DNA from: Chiloscyllium plagiosum
Lineage: Eukaryota
Direction of reading: 5' to 3'
Assembly: GCF_004010195.1 (NCBI RefSeq)
Contig: NC_057719.1
Location: 30,189,853-30,253,852, forward strand
DNA: 64,000 bases
Position 1 is the first letter of the stretch. Each line of letters begins with the position of its first letter. A program made the translations under genes and the position numbers. Of the stretch, positions 52,671-64,000 are shown piece by piece. Under the pieces are notes generated by a model. The model was not told the origin of the DNA, searched no databases, and saw only the letters and a program-made list of their open reading frames with translations.

Positions 52671-52797
52671 TTCCTGAAGTAGGGCTTATGCCCGAAACAT
52701 CAATTCTCCTGCTCCTTGGATGCTGCCTGACCTGCTGCGCTTTTCCAGCAACACATTTTCAGCTCTGATCTCCAGCATCTGCAGTTCTCACTTTCTC
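52671..52797 (+). mobile_element. Penelope-like pLTR fragment, mutated hammerhead core
   Basis: 14-bp TSD CTGTGAGACAGATC at 52635-52648 and 52798-52811; core reads CTGAAGTA-GGGC-TTAT-GCCC-GAAA-CATC. Confidence 0.8.
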
Positions 52798-53497
52798 CTG
52801 TGAGACAGATCTCCCAATTTTGTCACTAGATCCCAGGTGTTACTAAGGAGAATTTTATCATGTTGCTATTTCTGCCATTGTCTTTTCAGGTGCTGAGGTT
52901 AATGTCAGGTGGTCTGTTTGGTTTCACTTCTTTGTTTAGACTACATAGTGATTGATGCAACTGAAAGGCTTGCTAGGCCAGTTCAGAGGGCATTGAGAGT
53001 CAACCACATTGCTGTGGCTCTGGAGTCACACACATGCCAAACCAGATGAAGATGGCAGATTTCCTACCTTGAAGAAAATCACTGTGCGTTTATTGGCAAA
53101 ATAGTAAGGTAAAAAGAAGTTATTTAGCCAGGAGTTTCAATAATGTGCAGCTTTATAGCATGACCTGAACAAAGAGCTACATTTTTAAAGTTATCTTTGT
53201 TATATTACATTTGTAGTGATGGGGTTAAAGCTGGTACTCTGTAAGAATACTTTGTACTATCTTCTTTATGACATCTTGTAATTGCAGTCGCATAAGCTAC
53301 TTCCCTTTTGTGTATTGATTTTATTGCTATTCTGGACTACTTCTCATGTTATTGTATCTTGGCATCTGTCTCAGTTGAAGTTCAGGTGATTATTTTTGCT
53401 GTTCAAATTCAGTTTTGAGCTTTGACTTCATGAAACTGAAATCTGAAATCTCCTATACGTGAAATCAAAGCTAAAGACTGATGCACAGAAACATTTG

Positions 53498-53737
53498 GAG
53501 AAAGTGAGGGCTGCAGATGCTGGAGATCACAGTTGAGAGTGTGATGCTGGATAAGCACAGCAGGTCAGGCAGCATCCGAAGAGTAGGAAAATCAATGTTT
53601 CAGGCATAAGCCCTTCATCAGGAATGAGGCAAAATGAGGCTCCTCATTCCTGATGAAGTGCTTATGCCCGAAACGTCGATTCTCCTACTTCTCGGATGCT
53701 GCCTAACCTGCTGTGCCTTTCCAGCACCCCACACTCA
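53498..53737. mobile_element. Inverted Penelope-like pLTR pair
   Basis: 15-bp TSD GCACAGAAAC(A/C)TTTG at 53483-53497 and 53738-53752; + strand core at 53650-53677 has a stem II mismatch. Confidence 0.85.
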
Positions 53738-54452
53738 GCACAGAAACCTTTGCCAATCCATAAATTACCACCAACCATAAATAGTAGATATAAGACTTGT
53801 GCTGTACTTTCATAATTTTTATGTTACTGTCATTTTCTTTAGATTGGAATTAATTTTGATAATGTGATCTATACCTACAGGGAGTAGATAGCCATTAGTA
53901 GAGAAAGTAAACCTTTTTTTATTTGGAAGCATTTACTTCATTTGTTCAATAATATTAAGCGTTGTGTGGTTCTTAAATTATCATATTCCAATTGAAATAA
54001 ATGTTTGAAAATATAAGCACCTGAAATTTCAACCCTATAAATTTTTCACAGCATGTATGCTTCATTTAGGAATGAATTGAGAATTAAAGCGAATGAATCT
54101 GATGAGATACAACTCACTATACTAATTATTTGCCAGCAGCCATTGAGTGGGAGGAAGGAAAGTGAGATTAACTGAAATTATAAATAAGTTCTAGATGAAC
54201 TTAATTCAGTTACCTAATTCTGATGTAACAATGTTCAAATTCTTGGGAGACAAATCGGTGTTAGTTTGAAACATCACCTCAGTTCAATTTCACTATTGGT
54301 TGTGAATATCAAGTATCTTTCTAGGAACTACTCAAACTAATTTAATATATTTTTTGTGGAATGAGCTTTGCAATACAATATTTTCAGGATTACTTTGGAA
54401 GATGATTATATTTAGAACACAGAGAAGCTTTTTTCACTGTTCTATGGTATGA

Positions 54453-54608
<156 letters not shown>

Positions 54609-57539
54609 TAAGTGTAGACAGGAGCCATCTACTGCTTTGTTTGAGTTTATCTTTAAAAGATTCATGAGCCACTTGGAATAATGAATACTTTCTTCATTCT
54701 AGCAATCATAGAAGTTGTAACCACTTCACCCTTCCTAATCTAATATGGATAAACATTGTGACATTGACAAAAGAGGTCAAATAAACTTTACATTTCTTAT
54801 AACCAGCTGAAGATGTCAATCAAGCAAAAACAATAATTACCTGTCGTGGTCAAATCCAGACCCCTACTGAGTTAATCCCATAATGAGCCTGGATTGTCAG
54901 CCAAAGCTGCTATTAATGATGCTTAAATAGTGTGTTTAACATTTTTTTAAAAATGGATTGTAGAAAATGTATTTGTCTTGTGTATAATATATGCTGGGGA
55001 AATGGGTATACAAAGGCCATGCATTAGCATGAAGAGGATGTTGGTGGCTGGGGACATGATTTACATGGAAGTGACCCAGATGAGACCTTTTTAATGCACC
55101 TTTCAAAAGGTTCCCAATTTGAGATTGTTTCATGATTCCTCTGAGATCCATGAACCATTAGCTATTGAGGATCCATTACTTCGACATGTGATCTTTGTGG
55201 TATAGGTTCACCCAAAGTGCTGTCAGGTGGGGAGTTTCACAAATTTGATCCAGTGATGATGTGGCTATTTCCAGATTGAGATAGTGTGTAGCATGCAGGG
55301 AAACCTGAATGGTAGTGCTCCTATGTGCCTGCAGCTCTTGTTCTAACAAGTAGTAGGAGTCATGTGTTTGAAAGGTGATGTAAAAGAAGACAAGTGGCTG
55401 GAGTGCATAATATTGATGGTATACACTGCTGGCTCTTAGCACCAGTGGTGAAGGGAACAAATGTGTAAAACGCTGGACTGGCTGTTGATATAGTGGACTA
55501 CTTTGTCCTGAATTTTGGTAAGCTAAAGTCACTTGTCCATTGTTGGAAATGAACTTATCTAGACAGGTGGAGACTTCTTTGTCACATACTTGAGACTATG
55601 CTGCCTGAATCTAGACTCCCACCAGGGCCAACAATCTCTGTCTACTCTGCCAAGTCCTCTCAGAATCTTATATTTTAATAAGATCACAACTCATTATTTT
55701 ATTCTCAAGAGAATGTAGGCCCAGTGTACTCTCTTATCCCAGGAATCAGTCTAAAGAAGCTTTTCTGTGCCATCTTCAAGTCAAGGATGTTCTTCCTTTG
55801 ACATGGAGACCAAAATTGTGTACCATACTCAAAGTTTGGACCAGCTTGCACAATTACAACAAGAACTCAGATGTTCTGATGAAGTATCATATCAGATTCA
55901 ACTTTAACTCTGTTCCTCACTGTGTTGAGTTTCTGCAGCACTTTCAATCTCTCAAATGTGTTCAGGAGAGCTTTTTTAGGCAATACAATCTTGGTCCAAC
56001 TGCAATCTAGGGCTGGAGAATTAGATGGGCCATGTAGACCAAGTTTCTTTCAGAAAACATGGTTAAGAATCATTGTTATATCATAGGGTGTTGATTTATA
56101 CTGGTAAACAGCAAGGAACAGTCAAGGGCAGAACTTCTAAACTGGAGGAGGGAATTTAAATGAAACAAGAGAGAATCTAGCACGGGTAAAATTGAACCAA
56201 AGACTGACAGAAACATCCATAACATTCCAATGAATGATTTTTAAGCAACAGATGTTGAAATGTAGTTAACTTGTATAAGGGGGGAAGGATAAGTGAGCAA
56301 AAAACGGGAGAGGATATGATGAAACTATGGCATATGATGGATGTCGAGTGAATGGTCAAGTGAGATTCAGGCCTAATACAATAACTCTAGAGGGGAATGA
56401 AAAGGAAAATACGACTGCCAAAGAAAGCATATGAAAAAGGAATGAGTATTAATATAAATGTAAAAGTATTATACTGTTTGTAGAAGTAGTAAGCAGGTAG
56501 AAATAATAGATTAGGACGTACTGTGGGCAAAACAAATCTTTATGCTTCAAGGAGCAGGGAAAAGCTAGATTACACGGGGTGGAATTCTCCCATTTCCAGT
56601 TAGTGTTTTGTTGAGTCAGATTTATGGTTTCCAGTCTGCTATGATTCAGAATGACCTTTCTCCCACAATATTCCACATTTTACCTCATTAATTATGCATC
56701 TGAACATCATTCTTGGTGAATCAAGCTGTCAGAGAAGTAGAATTACTCAAAACAGTTGAGATCTTTCAGCTTTCACATCACGAACAACATGCATAAAGTC
56801 TAGATGCATACTACTTCAAATTCTGCAAGTCAGGAATGTGCCCTCTCACTGTGGTGCTTTGAAATCACAGCCTTTTGGAATGCTACTCCTTCACCAGGTG
56901 AAGTAGCAGCAAAGTGAAAGCTTGTGATTTTAAATAAACCCTGTTGGATTTTAACCTGGTATTGTGTGACTCCTGATTTTACATTACCACTAACAGCTCT
57001 TCCATCCACTTCCATCCCTCCTTTGATTCAGTGAACGAAATAGTGGCCCATAACTGGGCTGAGAAGGCCAAGACCATTTTGGATTAGAGTTGATGGATAT
57101 CAGATTCCTCACTCCCAAGATGAGAAAATTCTGGATTTGGTCAGAGAAGAGCATGATCACTATGTAATAATGGAGAATATTCAATGGACAATTAATCCTG
57201 TATGTTTTACTGTGCTGCTCTCTCATTACACCACCAGACTATCTCATACTTAATCTGCACAAGATTTTTTTATCCTCTTCAACCAGTTCTTCCTCTTTTG
57301 CAGCTACATTTGGCACCTAGTGAACTTCTGCAAAGAGGCCAACATTGGACACCCTCAGTTCAACCTCTGAGGTGGAAGATTATAAGGATATGTTGGCAAG
57401 GCTTTTGCCTGCACCCTCTCCCAGCTCAGAAACTTTCACCTTGATTAGCACTTATTCCAGATTAGATTTTGAAGCACAAACTGTTGTGCATATTATGTCT
57501 TTACAGCTGGTCAAGGAAGGAATGCGTCAGGTATTTTTT

Positions 57540-58920
57540 ATTCACAGAAGGGATTTGGTGAATGGGCCAGCATTTATTTCCCAGCCCTAACGTAATGGTG
57601 AACTGCCATTTTGAGTGGCTGCAATTCATATGGTGTGTTTTTTTTAATTTATATATATATATATAATTCCAAAATGCCTGTCGGGAGGGGGGGTTTCCAG
57701 AATTTTGACCCAGCAACACTGAAAGAATGGTGCTATATTTCCAAGTCTAAATGTTGAGTGACTTGGAGGAGCACTTCCATGTGTTGGAGGTCCCATGTAT
57801 CTGCTTCCCATATCCTTCTAGATGGTAGGGTCGAGGGTTTGTAAAGTGCTGTCTAAGGAGCTTTGGTGAATTTCTGCAGTGCATCTTATAGATGGTTCAC
57901 ACTGCTGCTATTGAGCATCAGTGGTGAATGAGTGGATGTTTGGTTTAATATTCAACCTGAGATTAATTCAGCCTAGGAGACCACTTGAGGATCTCCTTCA
58001 GTGATGTCTTGGAACTGCAATGACTGACCTCTGACAATCACAACAAGCTCCCTTAATGCTAGATGTGACTTTATCCACCTGAGATGTTTTATATGATTCC
58101 CTTTAACTCTGGTTTTGCTCTAGGACCCCTTAATGCCACACTCCGTCAAATGTGGTCTTGATGCCATTTCTCATCTTTCCTCTGGATTTCAGCTCAACTG
58201 TCCATGTTTTGAGTTAAGGCTGTAATGAAATCAGGGTAGACAAGCAGGAGGCAGGGAGAACACAGCAAGCCAGGCAACATCAGGATGTAGAGAAATCAAC
58301 GTCTCAGGCGTATCCCTTCTTCAGGACCAGGAGCTGGGTGGTCCTGGAGGAAAAGAGTCTGCGCATCGATGAGCAGTGCTGCTTAAAAGCACAAACTCTT
58401 TCCATTATTTTACTGATAACCTACGGATTTGGCCTGCTTTTTGTGTACAGGATATACCTGGGCAATTTTCAAATTATCAGGTAGATGCTAGTGTTGTAAA
58501 TGGAACAGCTGGCTATGAGTGTGGCAAGTTCTGAAGGACAGGTTTTCAGAACTATTCCTGGAATATTGTCAGAGCCCACAGCCTCTGCAGTATCCAGTGT
58601 CTTTAGCCATTTCATGCTACTGAAGAGATTCAATCGAGTTAGCTGAAGACTGGCATCTGTAATGCCAGGTACCTTCAGAAGAAATCAAATTGGATCATCC
58701 ACTTGATACTTCCAGTTGAAGATTGCTACTCATGCTCAGCTTTGTCTTTTACACTGATGTTATTAAGGATAGGGATATTTGTGGAGCAATTGCCTCCTGT
58801 GAGTTGTTTAATTATATGCTAATACTTATGATTGGATGAGATAGGACTGTAGAACTTAGATCTGATCTGTTGTTCATGGGATTTCTTCAGTTTGTCTATC
58901 ACTTGCTGTTTAGCAGGCCA
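57540..58920 (-). mobile_element. Second-family LINE, internally deleted, with a PLE-like insert at about 58236-58340
   Basis: Collinear similarity to 48874-50660. Confidence 0.65.
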
Positions 58921-59492
58921 GTAGTCTGGGGTCCAGTAATAAATGATCTTAAATTAAAATAGGAAGTGCTGGAAAAACTCAGCAGGTATAACAGCATATA
59001 TGGATAGAGAAACATGGTTAATGAATTACCTCTGAAATTGTTGGTCAGACACTTGTCATTTAGATGCTGAGTTTATAGTTGATATATGCATGACTTTTTT
59101 CTGCAATATGTATAATTATTATGCCTTTCTATCTATACTTTTTACATGAATTTCTGTCATTACATTCTGTTAATTTACCTTATAATGTGGGTATAGAAAT
59201 GCATAAAAGAAATACAAAAGGTTGAGACTCACTGCATGATTTTAGAAGTTTAGATTATGTCTATCTGTTCTAGTTCAATTATACTTGACCCTGTAGGCAC
59301 ATTTAATATGGCGAATCAGTGTGCCCAAAACTCCCTGGAGTGATAACACCTTGGGAGTTCAACTAGTAATGTGTCAAAAATACTGTACTGTTCTATGAAC
59401 TTGTTTCCATTATAAATTCCCATATTAACACCAATTATTGAACCTGGTAATAGAAAGATGCAGCAGGTGCACCATTTTCCCAGTGGTACTGA

Positions 59493-59903
<411 letters not shown>

Positions 59904-60378
59904 TAATTCTTAGAAGAATTGATTTGTGATAAAACTCTTCTCAAATTGCATGCTCTTCATTTAACAATATGTTCTATGGTTCAGTACTGATAAAAGGAAG
60001 TGTGAGAAAATTAAGAAGGTAGCAAGGGAAAGTCCTTGATTGCAGTCTGTCAAAGGATAATAACCCATGCTTCTACCAGCAACTGTAGGGAGCTGGGGCA
60101 GGGAAAGCAAGGTGTGGGGTGGAGGTTGGGGAGAGGAGGGAAGAAATGGGGGGTCAAAAACTTGAATGAGATGTTGGACTGGGCAAGATTGTAAAAGCAC
60201 AGTAAAGTAAGAATGTAAGTAAAGTAATCCAAAGATGGATGCAAAAACTAAATTAAGAATTTTGTATTCTATCTACTGGGAGCCAGGGAGTCAACAGGGA
60301 ACAGTGAAGATACATAATGTACGGCTGTTCATCTATATGGACTGGGTCAACTAGCTAAAATTTGATCCTGTTTTCTAA

Positions 60379-60696
<318 letters not shown>

Positions 60697-60769
60697 TAAT
60701 TATTTGTAGTTTATTAATCATATGCCTTAATCCAAGCCTCCATGCAACTTTGAGGTTGACTTGACAGAA

Positions 60770-60878
60770 AAAACCCAAAAGAATTATGGATGCTGGAAAT
60801 CTGAAACAAAAACCGCAATTGCTGGAAAATATCAGCAGGTCTGGCAGCAACTGTGGAGAGAAATCAGAGTTAATGTCT
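60770..60878 (-). mobile_element. Older PLE-related pLTR fragment (similar pieces at about 41680-41760 and 58960-59020)
   Basis: GATGCTGGAAATCTG...GCTGGAAAAT.TCAGCAGGTCTGGCAGCA, a diverged version of the same repeat; stops before the ribozyme core. Confidence 0.55.
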
Positions 60879-61107
60879 TAACACTTAGTGAGCCATATAT
60901 ACAGCAATTTCTGCTTTTCATTGAGGTTTACTTTCTGCTTTTCTGTGAAACAAGGAGACAGAAAAGAACCACACAATTTTATTATCTTAACAAACCATAA
61001 AGTTTCAGGCCATTGCTCCTTCAGTATATGTTAACATTAACTTAGTGTACCGGTAGGAACAAATTAAGTTAATCAGAAACGATAGTAGAAATATACAAAT
61101 TTATCAA

Positions 61108-62150
61108 ACATAAGAAATAGAAGCAGTGGTATGACATTGGTTCCTTCAAGCCTGCCCTTCCATTTAACAAGATCATGGCTCTTCTGCCTCAGGCCTTATG
61201 TGCCAGCTCCCAGGAATGAAACGTTTAACACATGAGGAACGTTTGAGGACTCTGGATCTATACTCAATGGAGTTGAGAAGGATACTGAATGGCCTGGACA
61301 GAGTAGATGTTAGGAAGATGTTTCCATTGACAGAAGAGACTAGGACTCGAGAGCATAGCCTTTGAGTAAAGGGAAGACATTTTAGAATGGATATAAGGGG
61401 AAACTTCTTCAGCCAGAGAGTGGTGAATCTATGGAATTCATTGCCACAGGAGGCTGTGGAGGCCAGGTCATTGAATATATTTAAGACTCAGATAGATAGG
61501 TTCTTGAGTATCAAGGGTTATGGGGAGAAAGTGGGAGAATAGGGTTGAAAAACTTATTAAGCATGATTGAATGGTGGAGCAGACTCAATGGGCTGAATGG
61601 TCTAATTTCTGCTCCTGTGTCTTATGGTCTGTGGTCTCCTTAGAAAGCTCAATATTTTAAAACAAAATCATTTTCTTCTTCTTCAAATATTTTCAGTGAT
61701 CCATCCTCCACAACTCTCTGGAATAGAGAATTCCAGACATTCGCTACCTTCTGAGAGAAATTCCTTTGTATCTCCATTCCCCAAGTTTCAGACTTACTCA
61801 CAAGTGGAAATATCATCTCAAAATCTGTCCTGTCAATTCCCCTCAGAATCTTTTTTGTTTCAATAAGATTACTTCTCATTTTTCTAAACTCTAATGAATA
61901 AAGGCTGAACATGTTATTCTTGATAAGTCAACCCCTTCAACCTAGGAATGAGCTTAGTGAATCTCAGATTGAACTGTTTCTAATCCCGATATATTCCTTT
62001 TTAAATACTGGGATCAAAACTGTCTACAGTCCTCCAAATACAACCTTACCAACGCTGTGTAAAGTTGTAACAAGACTTCCCTAATTTTAAATCCCACCCC
62101 ACTAGCAATAAAGGCCAATTTTTCATTTGGTTTCTTAATTACTTGCACCT
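61108..62150. mobile_element. Minus-strand CR1 3' fragment split by a + strand CR1 3' end (about 61212-61630)
   Basis: LYSLEFRKMRSNLIET on the minus strand (61649..61912); + copy ends TCTTATGGTCT. Confidence 0.75.
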
Positions 62151-64000
62151 ACAAGCTATCATTGATTCACGATAAAGGGTCATGTAATTGCTCCTGTGCT
62201 ACAATGGTGGTGTCCCTATATCCTAGTCCAGAGCCTCAGGTTCAAGTCCCACCAGATGGGGTGTAATGACGTCTCCAAAAAAGTTGATTGTAAAAAATCT
62301 GGAAGAAATGTCATACAAGGCACAGTGCTGCTGAAAAGTAAAATTGTTATGTGACTACCTTTTGTTTATGTTAACTAGTGCCAAATTCTTTTGTAATATG
62401 TGGGAAGACTTGCATTTGCAATCTTTTCTGGAAGATATTTCTTACGGCATATTATTAAGACTAAATTGTACATTCTTTTAAATGTCCAAATGAATAGCAG
62501 AGTTTTTTGACAGAAGAGGTAAATTTCTTTTAAAGTGGGATGCAGTATTTTGCAGCAGTGAAGAGAAATTGGCACTGAAAATGTCACCATTCACAATCTT
62601 GAGTTTATAATGACTTCAATATATTTCCATCCCAGTGAGAAAAATAGTTTTGAAGTTCAGAAAATGAATACATGTGTCAATTCTATCCAAAGCTTTAAAG
62701 AATAGAAACATAGGTTAATAGATGCATAATGTGATGGACTTCAAGATGATCTGTAGCAATGTATATTTGACAGTATAACTGAGAACTGCCCCACTGCATT
62801 CCATTGGACACTTAGTAGATTTAAGACTTTGTAAATGTGGTATAACTGCAGTATGTTTGTACAGTACAATAATGTTTCTTGTGTGTTCAAGTATTAGTCA
62901 CATACAAAAGTGTGCTTCTTAAATGACTTGTAGTCTTTTAAAAGAGGCTTATGTTGAGAAGCATTTGTATTATTTTTGTATCCGTAATGCTTTGGATTCT
63001 GCAATGGCAAAAATAACTAGTTCAATGTTAATGATTCAGAAAATTTATGGTCTCAAACGTTTGTCTATTGGTGCATAGTTCTTTCAGATTTGTATTCTCT
63101 TGGAGTCATTAATTCCTCAGGGATAAAAGAAAAGTAGTTCAAAGTTAATGATTCAGAGTATTTCTGTTGAAACAGCCTTTTAAACTTTTGTCTTAATACT
63201 AACCTTGAAAGTACTGCATTTAGATGTTTATGGTTGTCACTGAAGTTTTAAAAGTAATTAATTAACAAATATTTTGAAATTTAAAATTTCAAAATATTTG
63301 TAAAGGAAATACTTTCAAATCCCAACATTGCAAGTTTCATAGGTTATACAAAGCTGAGCTGGTAAGTAATTTATATGCAATTCATCTTAACCTTAATAAT
63401 CAATTTATTAGAATACCTTGGTAACCAGAACACGTTCAGTCATGATTTTGGACAATTTTCAATCCTTTGCTTGGCTATTGATAAAACATACTGTGGTGTT
63501 TTCCCAGATTACCACTGCTAGTACCTTGTGGTATCTCGTGATTAGTGGTAGAGGATGTAATACCATAGAGTATCTACAGAAGAAGCACTGGCCTTGGATA
63601 ATAAGGTTTATTACATAATGACCATATGTACAACTACACTTGGTCAGGCGTAATTGTTAAGATCTTGAGGAACTCATACAAATACACTTGCACCCTCTGA
63701 AAGCCAGAGTAGACCTCTTGTCTCCATCAAAGATTGTGTTTGGTTGAACCAATTCAATTGATGTCAATGTAACACGAACCTCAATCCCTTCAGAAATATT
63801 GCATTATGCAAGATCTTCCTCCAAACTTTCCCTCCACATTGTTAACTCATTATACAATCATGTATTATGGTGCATTAATGACATTATATTATATTTTATT
63901 ACTTCCCCACCTCCCCCAAGTCCCTGACTTCACAAGTGATCTGGACGGTTCGCTCTTCTCTGAGAAGGCACTTTCTTTTGAAGTGAAAGAATAGTAAGTC

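Larger units (their letters stand above)
48874..53080 (-). mobile_element. Near full-length decayed LINE of the second CR1/L2-group family (clade unresolved), with nested CR1 and PLEs
   Basis: IYKVQL..MEYSPLAW (48874..49470), KVMEGVIN..AQFRFR.GHS (49996..50199), GPDNISAIVLKTCAP, and APE-like IPGF..DRPSRHGSTVVY (52159..52437). Confidence 0.75.

Noticed and set aside
62190..62290. Pol III ncRNA (GGTTCAAGTCCC B box)
   Set aside because: Most likely a truncated tRNA-derived SINE head; no terminator or defined structure.

Overview
Eukaryotic (vertebrate) genomic DNA, most likely a shark: the repeats are elasmobranch-type (HE1/V-SINEs with (TAATC)n tails, CR1/HER1-like LINEs, DeuSINE-like remnants). 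The window is an internal part of EML5 (echinoderm microtubule-associated protein-like 5) on the + strand. Seven GT-AG coding exons (12792-12860, 26472-26657, 28666-28801, 47108-47309, 54470-54607, 59570-59826, 60434-60646; 1201 nt) splice into one open frame of WD40/TAPE-domain sequence. The gene start and end lie outside the window. Most of the rest is intron filled with decayed and nested retroelements (CR1, a second CR1/L2-group LINE, RTE, an L1/Tx1-type tail), SINEs, two Tc1/mariner-type MITEs and a probable solo LTR; most ORF-track entries are fragments of these. The main hidden signal is about ten short Penelope-like (PLE) pseudo-LTR insertions carrying a minimal type I hammerhead ribozyme motif (CUGAUGA-A-GGGC-loop-GCCC-GAAA-CG-UC). 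Several are head-to-head palindromes with target-site duplications. One has captured 275 bp of nearby intronic DNA, one is circularly permuted, and two intact sense-strand ribozyme cores flank an EML5 exon. Family names are from memory of known consensus motifs, not database searches. Repeat boundaries are approximate unless a TSD or TIR is given.
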